Below, one piece after another: positions 48,663 through 57,204 of a stretch of DNA of 64,000 nt (position 1 is its first letter; every line of letters begins with the position of its first letter). A program made the translations under genes and the position numbers. The DNA is from an uncultured Flavobacteriaceae bacterium (lineage in GTDB: Bacteria > Bacteroidota > Bacteroidia > Flavobacteriales > Flavobacteriaceae): NCBI GenBank assembly GCA_964469175.1, contig CAYXXY010000014.1:3419-67418 (forward strand), read 5' to 3'. The notes beneath the pieces are model-generated. The model was not told the DNA's origin and did not search any database. It worked only from the letters and a program-made list of their open reading frames with translations.

Positions 48663-49866
48663 CTGTTTTTGTTTTAAAATTATGTATTTTATTGTAGAAA
48701 TCTTCTAATTCTAGGTTGGTAATTTCTTTGCGGTTTTGAATGGTTTTAATGTCACTGAATAGGGCCATCACTTCCTCTTGAGTGTGATTGCTTCTGGAGG
48801 CCACTTCTTCAAAAAAACGTTTGTTAATGTGTTCTGTCTGCACCCTAAGTTTTAACCTGATGTGTTCCAGAAAACCGGCAATCATTTTTGTGGCAATCTC
48901 CCTGTTGTCTTTTTTATCCAAATAAATAGACGCTATGGTTTGGGTGTATTCATAGGTCTTGTTGTTCAGTTTGGGGATGATGGGTAGGGGACGCTGTTTG
49001 CGCTTTCCTTCAAATATAACAAACAACAAAACGCCAATTAGCACAAAATAATAAGCCCATTTAAGGGATTTAGTACTCAGTAAAATTTTAAGTGGTGACA
49101 CATCAAAACGGCGACCGGTTTTGTAGTAATTGTCCCAGTAAATGGTTTCACCGGTGTTGATGTATGACAATACATTCTCGGTGAGTGAGGTGTTTTTTGG
49201 GTTAACCAAAAAGTAATTTGAAAAAATTTCAGGTTGGTTATACAAGAAGATTGCGCCATTTCCAAAAGGAATTTTCAAGAAATTGGGACGCGCTTTATCC
49301 ATAATGTTGTCATTTTCAAAAGGCTGGGCGATTCCCAGCACAATATGGGAGAGCGTGTCAATTTTGCTGAAATAAGGAATACTTAAGTCTTGCGGAATGT
49401 GATAGGGTACATCTGCTTTGAGATTATTGTTCACCAAATTGATTTGAGGTTCGGTGCTAAAACGATCAATAAGCAAAAAAGCTCTTATTTCTATGCCTAA
49501 AGTATCCAGTAAATTGCGAGAATATCTGTTGGCAGAGAGAAAAAGGGTATTTCCATTATTGGTCCAATCAAGTAAACTGTTTAGTTCTTCATCATCAAAA
49601 AACAGGGCGTTGTTAATGAATAGGTAAGTTCCTTCAGGCTTGTTGTCCATCAGGTTTATAAATGGCGGTATATTTGAATCGACAAGTTTTTCCTTAAAAT
49701 GTGATTTCAGGTGGTCATAAATAATAAAATTACCAAGGGGAACTTTATCCAGTTTGTTATAACTGGGAAACCAATTGAGTGGTGGTGGTTTGGTAGCTTC
49801 CACATACACCAGCGCTCCGATAACAATCAGAAAAAATATCAATGTTATTTTTTGAAGCTTACTCAC
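48649..49866 (-). CDS. DUF4350-like membrane protein
   Basis: 405 aa. An N-terminal TM helix, an extracytoplasmic domain of about 250 aa, a second TM helix, then a cytoplasmic helical tail. It overlaps moxR by 14 nt. Confidence 0.65.
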   Translation of the reverse strand: MSKLQKITLIFFLIVIGALVYVEATKPPPLNWFPSYNKLDKVPLGNFIIYDHLKSHFKEKLVDSNIPPFINLMDNKPEGTYLFINNALFFDDEELNSLLDWTNNGNTLFLSANRYSRNLLDTLGIEIRAFLLIDRFSTEPQINLVNNNLKADVPYHIPQDLSIPYFSKIDTLSHIVLGIAQPFENDNIMDKARPNFLKIPFGNGAIFLYNQPEIFSNYFLVNPKNTSLTENVLSYINTGETIYWDNYYKTGRRFDVSPLKILLSTKSLKWAYYFVLIGVLLFVIFEGKRKQRPLPIIPKLNNKTYEYTQTIASIYLDKKDNREIATKMIAGFLEHIRLKLRVQTEHINKRFFEEVASRSNHTQEEVMALFSDIKTIQNRKEITNLELEDFYNKIHNFKTKTDGKS

Positions 49867-50617
49867 TTTTCTTACTGATATTGTTTTTGAGAGTTACAAA
49901 CCGGTGTTTTGCTTTTGTAAAATCTGTTTCTGAAACTTCAAAATTGCCATACCAAACATATTCATAAATAAACGCTGATTTTTTGAATTGAGCCGAGAGG
50001 TGTTCCTGCTTTATTTCCTTAATATAGTCTGTATTGGTTTTGTCAAATTGGTAATTAATGATTTCTTTTTCGCTTAAGCTTTTAAGAATAAGTAAAAAAT
50101 AATACCTTACGGCGAGTCTGTAGTTTTTATTTGCCAGCGCTTCGTCAATTAGGGCCTGAATATCTTCAGACTTTATGATTTTTTCTTCTTCGGTAAAAAA
50201 CACTTGAGCTTCTTCTTTTGAATACAACAGACCGGAACCGGGATTTAACCTGTAAAACAGCCAGATTAGAAAAACAACGATTCCGCCAATGATGATGTAA
50301 GGCATGGCCTGATAAAGAAAATAGAGAAATGAATTTGATTTAAAATCACCCAACAGCCAGGTCCAAAAGCTTACCCAATGCCTGTATAGCCATCTTTTGA
50401 ATTGTTGCCACCAATTGTCTTCCTGAATTTTTTCTGTATAATCAAAATAAGGGTCATTTTGGTATTTTTCGGTTTTAACAGGGTCAAAAGAAACAGGTGT
50501 AACATCAGAAGACTGGTCATATTTAACTTCCGGGTGCAACTGAAATTCATTTAACGAAAATGAAAATCCGGAAACCCCGAAAATTAAAAAAAACAGTATA
50601 AGCAGGTTTAACCTCAT
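49859..50617 (-). CDS. DUF4129-like membrane protein
   Basis: 252 aa. Signal/TM segment, a central TM helix, and a C-terminal helical domain (YRLAVRYYFLLILKSLSEKEII). It overlaps the next gene by 8 nt. Confidence 0.65.
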   Translation of the reverse strand: MRLNLLILFFLIFGVSGFSFSLNEFQLHPEVKYDQSSDVTPVSFDPVKTEKYQNDPYFDYTEKIQEDNWWQQFKRWLYRHWVSFWTWLLGDFKSNSFLYFLYQAMPYIIIGGIVVFLIWLFYRLNPGSGLLYSKEEAQVFFTEEEKIIKSEDIQALIDEALANKNYRLAVRYYFLLILKSLSEKEIINYQFDKTNTDYIKEIKQEHLSAQFKKSAFIYEYVWYGNFEVSETDFTKAKHRFVTLKNNISKKSE

Positions 50618-50626
50618 TCTAGCGAA

Positions 50627-50661
50627 TTCTAACTTCTAACTTTGTACTTCTAACTTTTAAA
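50627..50661 (-). repeat. five tandem heptamers (plus strand TTCTAAC TTCTAAC TTTGTAC TTCTAAC TTTTAAA)
   Basis: They fill the only intergenic gap of the MoxR operon. They end 9 nt upstream of the DUF4129 ATG and overlap the stop of the preceding gene. Confidence 0.6.
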
Positions 50662-51523
50662 CATCATTCTCTCTTTTACCAAGGTTGTCAATAGTTTCAA
50701 GAGTTCCGGTGAAGTTTTTCTTTTCATTTAGATTAAAATAAACAAATGCAGTCGCTATGAGAATTAATGCGAAAAGAAAATATTGAGCAATCATTGAAAA
50801 AACATCCAGGCTTATGGAAATCCAGTCAACTATTTCAAAAGGATTTATAGAAACTTCATTCATCATTGTAAACATTTTTACTAAATAATAGATGAGTTGG
50901 GGTAACTGAAAAATAAATGCAATTACATAGTACAAGATGTAAATAACAAAGAGCGTTGCAAATGTGATCCACCATTCATCTTTGATGAGTTTAAAACTAT
51001 TACTGATGGCGTTACCCAAATCTTTGCGTTCAAACATCATCATCGGAAAAGTCATAGATAAACATACCGCCAAATAAATACCCGGCAGGAAGCACAATAC
51101 TAGGCCAATACCAACCATGAGTCCAACAATAATATTCAAACCTATGTAACTCCAAAAATGGTTTCTAGCCAGTTGTGTGACTTCGTTTTCATTTACATTT
51201 CCATTGTTTTCAATATAGTTTTTAATATACCCAAAAACAGCACCATAGAGTAATGCATAAAAAGCGATGTATGAACAGACTAACAGTATACTTGAAATAA
51301 TCATGTTTGAGGCAAGTGAAGGAGCGGAAAATATGCGTTCAAAATCCCCCATAGTTGCTTGTGCATAATACACATAACTAGCTATCATCACCAACATGGC
51401 CGGCCCTGAAATTTTTAAAATAAGTAGCCCAAGGGTTTTGCCTTCAACCCTGATAAACTTGAACACATCGGTAATGATGGCACCAATGTCGCGCTGTTGT
51501 TTAAAATCTATAACTTCTTTCAT
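50657..51523 (-). CDS. polytopic membrane protein of unknown function (about 6 TM)
   Basis: 288 aa with a long clean ORF. It has a 4-nt ATGA-type overlap with the upstream SpoIIM-like gene. Confidence 0.7.
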   Translation of the reverse strand: MKEVIDFKQQRDIGAIITDVFKFIRVEGKTLGLLILKISGPAMLVMIASYVYYAQATMGDFERIFSAPSLASNMIISSILLVCSYIAFYALLYGAVFGYIKNYIENNGNVNENEVTQLARNHFWSYIGLNIIVGLMVGIGLVLCFLPGIYLAVCLSMTFPMMMFERKDLGNAISNSFKLIKDEWWITFATLFVIYILYYVIAFIFQLPQLIYYLVKMFTMMNEVSINPFEIVDWISISLDVFSMIAQYFLFALILIATAFVYFNLNEKKNFTGTLETIDNLGKRENDV

Positions 51524-52485
51524 GGATGGTTTTGTTTTGCTTTATTTAGTTTGATTGGGTAGAAAACATAGTAAAAAAGAATAAGGTACAGCGATCCTCC
51601 AATAATGAGAATTGCCAGCCAGTCGGGCATTTGGGTGTGGCGGGTTACAAACCCTTCCAAAAACCCGGCAATGATAAAAAACGGAATGGTACTGACAATG
51701 ATTTTTAATCCGTCTTTTGCCCCTCTTACGAAAGATTGAAGTCGGGTGTAGGTCCCGGGAAATAAAATGCTGTTTCCAAGAACAAGTCCCGCACAACCGG
51801 CAACGATGATCACTGAAATTTCAATCGTTCCGTGAATCCAGATGGTTCTCACTGATTCCCAGAACAGGTTGTAATCATAAAAAAAGTATTGAAAGGAGCC
51901 TAACATAATTCCGTTATTCATTAAAACGTAAAGGGTTCCAATACTTAATAATATGCCAAACACAAATGCGAGGAGTGCTACCTTAATGTTGTGTACAGTA
52001 ATTCCCAGAAACATATCCACTTCGCCCATTTTTTTGTAAACCGCCATCGGGTCTCCTTTTTCAATGTTGCTGATGGTCATATTCACATAGCCGTCTCCCA
52101 TGATCAACCTGACAAAATCGCCGTCAGTAGCTGCAGAAAAGGCACCGATTGCCACAAACAAGCTGAAAGATAAAAAAGCAACAAGCAACTGCTTGTGGTA
52201 TTGATAGAAAAACAATGGAAATTCTTTGGTGTAGAATGTGACAAGCTTGTTTCGGGACTCTTTCTTGTTTTTGTAAATCTTGTTATGTGCTAAAATTGCC
52301 AGACTGTTCAGGTATCTTAAAGTCTCGCTTTTTGGATAAAATGTCTGGGCATAACTCAGGTGGTCTGTAACTTCAATGTACAGTCCGCTGAGTTCATCCG
52401 GATTAATTTGAACATTATTCCTAAGAACACTTTCAAATCTTATCCATTTATCTTTATTTTGTTTTACAAATGCTGCTTCACGCAT
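51520..52485 (-). CDS. SpoIIM-like (DUF95) membrane protein
   Basis: 321 aa. Family motifs IWIHGTIEISVIIVAG and GFLEGFVT. It has an N-terminal cytoplasmic extension. Confidence 0.8.
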   Translation of the reverse strand: MREAAFVKQNKDKWIRFESVLRNNVQINPDELSGLYIEVTDHLSYAQTFYPKSETLRYLNSLAILAHNKIYKNKKESRNKLVTFYTKEFPLFFYQYHKQLLVAFLSFSLFVAIGAFSAATDGDFVRLIMGDGYVNMTISNIEKGDPMAVYKKMGEVDMFLGITVHNIKVALLAFVFGILLSIGTLYVLMNNGIMLGSFQYFFYDYNLFWESVRTIWIHGTIEISVIIVAGCAGLVLGNSILFPGTYTRLQSFVRGAKDGLKIIVSTIPFFIIAGFLEGFVTRHTQMPDWLAILIIGGSLYLILFYYVFYPIKLNKAKQNHP

Positions 52486-52521
52486 TTAATAAGAAATTAC
52501 TTTTTCAAAGAAACAGATTAA

Positions 52522-53238
52522 ATGGATAATTTTCAAATAGAAACTGCACAAAATGTTACGATTTCTCAAAATGTTGCAGGCATTGGTGACCGCATACTGG
52601 CTTACATACTTGACAACTTGATAATTGGGGTTTATATTATCCTTATTTTCTTCTTAATTTCAGCAACAAATGTTAGTATAGACAGTATGTTTTTAATTTC
52701 CACAACAGTAGGCTTGCCCATTTTTCTTTACCATTTGCTTTGGGAAACATTATGGAACGGGCAAACCCCCGGAAAAGCTGTTATGAAAATCAGGGTGGTT
52801 AAACTGGATGGTTCAAAACCCGCATTTTCAAATTATTTATTGCGATGGTTAATGCGATTGGTTGATATCAGTTTTACAAGTGGGGCAGTAGCTGTAGTCA
52901 CGATTTTACTCAACGGGAAAGGACAACGTTTGGGGGACATTGCGGCCACTACAACAGTGATTTCAGAGAAAAAAAATACCGGAATCACAACCATCAGGCA
53001 CATAGAGGTTGAGGAAGAATATTTGCCCAAATATCCGCAGGTCACCGTTTTTAATGACAGTGAGATGCAAACCATTAAAAAGCTTTACTTTGAATCAAAA
53101 TATAAGGGAAATCACAATGTGATTTTGAAACTATCTTCAAAAGCTGCTGAAGTTATGCAGGTTAATTTTGATGAAAATCCCATTGATTTTTTAGACAGAA
53201 TCATTAAGGATTATGCCTTTTATACCCAAAGCCTATGA
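52522..53238 (+). CDS. RDD family membrane protein
   Basis: 238 aa. The N-terminal RDD region RILAYILDNLII... with 3 TM helices and a soluble C-terminal domain. It is divergent from the SpoIIM-like gene across 36 nt. Confidence 0.85.
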   Translation: MDNFQIETAQNVTISQNVAGIGDRILAYILDNLIIGVYIILIFFLISATNVSIDSMFLISTTVGLPIFLYHLLWETLWNGQTPGKAVMKIRVVKLDGSKPAFSNYLLRWLMRLVDISFTSGAVAVVTILLNGKGQRLGDIAATTTVISEKKNTGITTIRHIEVEEEYLPKYPQVTVFNDSEMQTIKKLYFESKYKGNHNVILKLSSKAAEVMQVNFDENPIDFLDRIIKDYAFYTQSL

Positions 53239-53855
53239 GTATATTCCTAGTTATAGATATATTGGGTACCGTTGCATTTGCCATTTCAGGAGTGCTGACG
53301 GCTATGCACAAACGTTTGGACTTGTTTGGTATTTTCATCATTGCATTTGTAACTTCTGTTGGAGGCGGAACACTAAGGGATTTACTGCTTGATGTTCATA
53401 TTGTATGGATGCACAATATGACATATGTTTATGTGATATTTTTTTCTGCAACTTTTGCTATTATTTTCAGAAACAAGCTCAATTATTTTAGAAGAACATT
53501 GTTCTTATTTGATACAATTGGTATTGCGTTATTCACGATGGTGGGTATAGAAAAAGGCGTTCAAATGGATTTGCATCCCATTATTTGCGTATCATTGGGA
53601 ACAATGTCTGCTTGTTTTGGTGGTGTGATCAGGGATATATTGTGTAATGAAATTCCCATAATTTTTAGAAAAGAAATTTATGCCACTGCTTGTATTTTGG
53701 GTGGAATATTCTATTTCTTGTTAAGCCTTACCTCTTTGGATCCGAGTTGGATTGTCATTATTTCCGGATCAGTGGTTATTACTGTAAGAATTTTGGCGGT
53801 GAAATTTAAGTTGTCACTGCCATCAATTTACCCGAAAAACGAAATCAATTCTTAA
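53235..53855 (+). CDS. trimeric intracellular cation channel (TRIC/UPF0126) family protein
   Basis: 206 aa. The duplicated glycine motifs GGGTLRD and FGGVIRD. It has an ATGA overlap with the RDD gene. Confidence 0.85.
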   Translation: MSIFLVIDILGTVAFAISGVLTAMHKRLDLFGIFIIAFVTSVGGGTLRDLLLDVHIVWMHNMTYVYVIFFSATFAIIFRNKLNYFRRTLFLFDTIGIALFTMVGIEKGVQMDLHPIICVSLGTMSACFGGVIRDILCNEIPIIFRKEIYATACILGGIFYFLLSLTSLDPSWIVIISGSVVITVRILAVKFKLSLPSIYPKNEINS

Positions 53856-54558
53856 GAACCGCATTGATATTTACATTATACAAAGGCCAGTCACCTTCGT
53901 CTGTATCGAGTGCTGCAATTTCATCCACCACACTCATTCCTGAAATCACTCTTCCAAAAACCGTATAGTTAGGATCAAGGTGATGTGCACCGTTTCTGCT
54001 TTGAACGATATAAAACTCAAATGAAGAAGACCGGTCGTCGGGATTGTCCCTATATTCTTTTGCCGCAGCCAATGCACCACGGTTATGACGATGAATAATT
54101 TCAGCAGGTAGTGTATAACTGCCCATACGGTTTCTCATTCTACTGGTTTCAACCCTGTCACTGTTCCCTCCTTGAATCATAAAGTTGTTTACTACCCTGT
54201 GAAAAACTGTTGTATTTAGATACCCGTTTTTTACAAGATAGATAAAATTAGCACGATGTAATGGGGTGTTGTTAAAGAGTTCAAGCTCGATATTACCGTG
54301 TTCAGTTTTAAGGGTTAAAAATCGTTCAGGATTGTTTTTACCATATTCAATTAGAAATTCCTCGACAGTGCTGTTTGTTAGATTTACTATTGGGTGTAAA
54401 GTATCCTTAATTTCTTCAGTTACAGCCTCCTGTATGGTTTCTTGTTTAATCTCAATTGTTTCTTCATTGGAAGTTTCATTTTTTTCAGGGGTATTTTTTT
54501 TATCTTCACAATTCAGAAATAGAAATAAAGAACTTAGAATAACAAGATATTTTTTCAT
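53845..54558 (-). CDS. cyclophilin-type peptidyl-prolyl isomerase lipoprotein
   Basis: The ATG at 54558 gives MKKYLVILSSLFLFLNC (lipobox). FHRVVNNFMIQGG. Confidence 0.9.
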   Translation of the reverse strand: MKKYLVILSSLFLFLNCEDKKNTPEKNETSNEETIEIKQETIQEAVTEEIKDTLHPIVNLTNSTVEEFLIEYGKNNPERFLTLKTEHGNIELELFNNTPLHRANFIYLVKNGYLNTTVFHRVVNNFMIQGGNSDRVETSRMRNRMGSYTLPAEIIHRHNRGALAAAKEYRDNPDDRSSSFEFYIVQSRNGAHHLDPNYTVFGRVISGMSVVDEIAALDTDEGDWPLYNVNINAVLKN

Positions 54559-54560
54559 CA

Positions 54561-55202
54561 ATGGAGTTTAACAGGTTTAAATCGTCGCTTTCAAAGTTAA
54601 AAAATTTGGAGTTACCGGGAGAGGAAATTCAAATGAAAATGGCTCCAATGGAACGCTTGGTAGAGTTAAAGCGTCTTGCGCAAAACAAATCCAACGCCAA
54701 TAAAGCAGGCGTGATGGTGCTTTTTTACCCATCACTAAGCAACCACACACAATTTGTTTTGATATTGAGAAAAACATATCGTGGTGTGCATTCCGGGCAG
54801 GTGGGGTTTCCGGGGGGAAGGTATGAACTCCAGGATAGAGACCTCTTAAATACCGCTTTACGCGAAACAGAGGAAGAAGTGGGCATACCAAGAAGCCAAA
54901 TGAACGTTATTAAGCAACTTACTGAAATGTACATTCCGCCAAGTAATTTTGTTGTGTATCCCTATCTTGGAACCACAGACATTAATCCAAAGTTTGTACT
55001 TCAGGAAGATGAAGTGGAATCAATAATAGAAGTAGATTTGAACCATTTTTTGGATGATAATAGCATTATTTCAAAAAAAATAACCACTTCATATGCCTTA
55101 GATCTAGATGTGCCTGCTTTTCAGCTCAATGGACACGTGGTTTGGGGGGCTACTGCAATGATACTTAGTGAAGTAAGACATCTATTACAAAAAACTTTAT
55201 AA
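54561..55202 (+). CDS. Nudix hydrolase (CoA pyrophosphatase-like)
   Basis: 213 aa. Nudix box GGRYELQDRDLLNTALRETEEEVGI. Confidence 0.85.
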   Translation: MEFNRFKSSLSKLKNLELPGEEIQMKMAPMERLVELKRLAQNKSNANKAGVMVLFYPSLSNHTQFVLILRKTYRGVHSGQVGFPGGRYELQDRDLLNTALRETEEEVGIPRSQMNVIKQLTEMYIPPSNFVVYPYLGTTDINPKFVLQEDEVESIIEVDLNHFLDDNSIISKKITTSYALDLDVPAFQLNGHVVWGATAMILSEVRHLLQKTL

Positions 55203-55259
55203 ACTTCGATTTTTAGTATATTTACGGCTTGTAATCTTTCAAAAGAAACACATACATAT

Positions 55260-56063
55260 ATGGGATTGATTAAACGAAATCCTTTTGGACACATACTCTT
55301 TTTTAAGCTTTGGTTAATAAGGTTTATGGGAGCGATTACTCATCGCAGGTTTAAAGGTTTTAATGAACTTCAAATTGATGGCTCTGAAATTTTGAGAGCA
55401 CTACCTGATAAAAATGTATTGTTTGTTTCAAACCATCAGACCTATTTTGCAGATGTAGTTGCTATGTTTCACGTGTTTAATGCCAGTTTACATGGAAGGG
55501 ATGATTCTATAAAAAATATTGGGTATTTGTGGAGACCCAAACTCAATATCTATTATGTAGCCGCAAGCGAAACTATGAAATCAGGTTTATTGCCAAAAAT
55601 ATTGGCATATGCAGGGGCAGTTCCAATAGAGAGAACCTGGAGAGCCGGAGGAGAAGATGTAAAGAGGCAAGTGAAAATGAGTGATATTTCAAATATTGGT
55701 AAAGCCCTTGATGATGGTTGGGTGATCACTTTTCCACAAGGAACGACAAAACCATGGAAACCCATTAGAAGAGGTACAGCCCATATCATCAAAAAGTTTA
55801 AGCCAATTGTTGTACCAATAGTAATTGATGGGTTTAGACGTTCTTTTGATAAGAAAGGAATTATGATTAAAAAAAGGGGAATACTCCAGACATTGGAAAT
55901 TAAAGCACCTCTTGAAATTGACTATGAAAATGAGTCTGTTGATGATATCATTTTAAAAATACAAATCGCCATAGAGCAACACCCTTCATTTTTAAAAGTA
56001 ATACCTGCTGAAGAGCTCAAGAAAGCAGAAGAAGAAAACGTTCAAAGGCAATGGAAATACTAA
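55260..56063 (+). CDS. PlsC-type lysophospholipid acyltransferase
   Basis: 267 aa. HX4D motif (NHQTYFAD) and FPQGTT. Confidence 0.85.
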   Translation: MGLIKRNPFGHILFFKLWLIRFMGAITHRRFKGFNELQIDGSEILRALPDKNVLFVSNHQTYFADVVAMFHVFNASLHGRDDSIKNIGYLWRPKLNIYYVAASETMKSGLLPKILAYAGAVPIERTWRAGGEDVKRQVKMSDISNIGKALDDGWVITFPQGTTKPWKPIRRGTAHIIKKFKPIVVPIVIDGFRRSFDKKGIMIKKRGILQTLEIKAPLEIDYENESVDDIILKIQIAIEQHPSFLKVIPAEELKKAEEENVQRQWKY

Positions 56064-57196
56064 AATTTCCAGTCGGCTATTTCCTTCCTGAAGGTTTTAC
56101 GCCTGATGATTGTTACAGGATTGAAGTTTTTCCATAGGTTTTGTAGAGCCAGATTTTCAACGAGTATTGGTGTCAATATGCAGTTTTTTACTCCATCTTT
56201 TGTAAACGTTTCATAGTATTCTTTGAAAATTAAAGCTGTTACACCCTTGTTTTGGTATTCAGGAAGTATTCCGATAAGGTAAAACAACACAGTATCATTT
56301 TTCTTCTTAGCCTTTAAAAAATGTAAAAATCCAAACGGGAAAAGTTTTCCTTTCGACTTTTGCAAAGCTTCCGAAAAAGATGTCATCACAACACTGAACG
56401 CAACCAGTTTTCCATCTTTATCCATTATAAACTTAATGTGTTCTGGATTAATCAGGCTAATGTATTTGTTTTTAAAATATTCTTTTTGACGATCTGTAAT
56501 AGCAACAAACGAGGAGAGCGAAGCATAAGCACGGTTAAATACATCAAACATTTCTTCTACATAAGGTAAAATGTCTTTTGACGAAGTAAATTTCAAAGAC
56601 TTCACACCATATTTTTGACTTACGATTTTTTCTGCCCTGTAAAAGGTATCCGGATTGTTGACATTATTAAATGAAAATTCATTTTCTATGTATTCCTTTT
56701 CGGTATTAAAACCCAGGTTTTCAAAATGTGTGATATAATAGGGGTAATTATACCAGGTAATCATGCTACCCATTCGGTCATACCCCATAGTTATTGCACC
56801 CACTTTGTCCATATTTGAAAATCCCATGGGGCCTTCAGCATAAGTGAGGTTTTTTTCTTTTCCTTTTTCAAAAACTTGATTAAGTAGTGCTTTGCTTACT
56901 TCTAAGTCATCAATAAAATCAAACCAACCAAAACGGATTTTGTCAATTTTCTGGGTATTTATTTCGTGCCAGTTAATGATTACTGCAATTCTCCCAACAA
57001 TTTTATCATTTTTGTAAGCCAAATAAAGCCAGACTTCGGCATTTTCAAAAGCGGGGTTAATGTTTTTGTCAAAACCCTCAAGCTCGTCTTTGATAAGTGG
57101 TGGCACCCAACATTTGGAGTCTTTATAAAGGTCAAAAGGAAAAAGAACAAATTGCTTTAACTCCTTTTTAGTTATAACTTCTTGAATGGTAATCAT
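56060..57196 (-). CDS. GNAT-like acyltransferase fold protein (function unknown)
   Basis: 378 aa. The C-terminal motif-A-like ILPEYQNKGVTALIF. The family assignment was made by eye only. Confidence 0.55.
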   Translation of the reverse strand: MITIQEVITKKELKQFVLFPFDLYKDSKCWVPPLIKDELEGFDKNINPAFENAEVWLYLAYKNDKIVGRIAVIINWHEINTQKIDKIRFGWFDFIDDLEVSKALLNQVFEKGKEKNLTYAEGPMGFSNMDKVGAITMGYDRMGSMITWYNYPYYITHFENLGFNTEKEYIENEFSFNNVNNPDTFYRAEKIVSQKYGVKSLKFTSSKDILPYVEEMFDVFNRAYASLSSFVAITDRQKEYFKNKYISLINPEHIKFIMDKDGKLVAFSVVMTSFSEALQKSKGKLFPFGFLHFLKAKKKNDTVLFYLIGILPEYQNKGVTALIFKEYYETFTKDGVKNCILTPILVENLALQNLWKNFNPVTIIRRKTFRKEIADWKF

Positions 57197-57204
57197 AAAT
57201 AAAT

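Noticed and set aside
54266-54934. Three ORFs of 69-104 aa overlapping the cyclophilin and Nudix genes.
   Set aside because: Both host genes carry diagnostic motifs (FHRV..MIQGG and the Nudix box). The nested ORFs are antisense or shifted and featureless.
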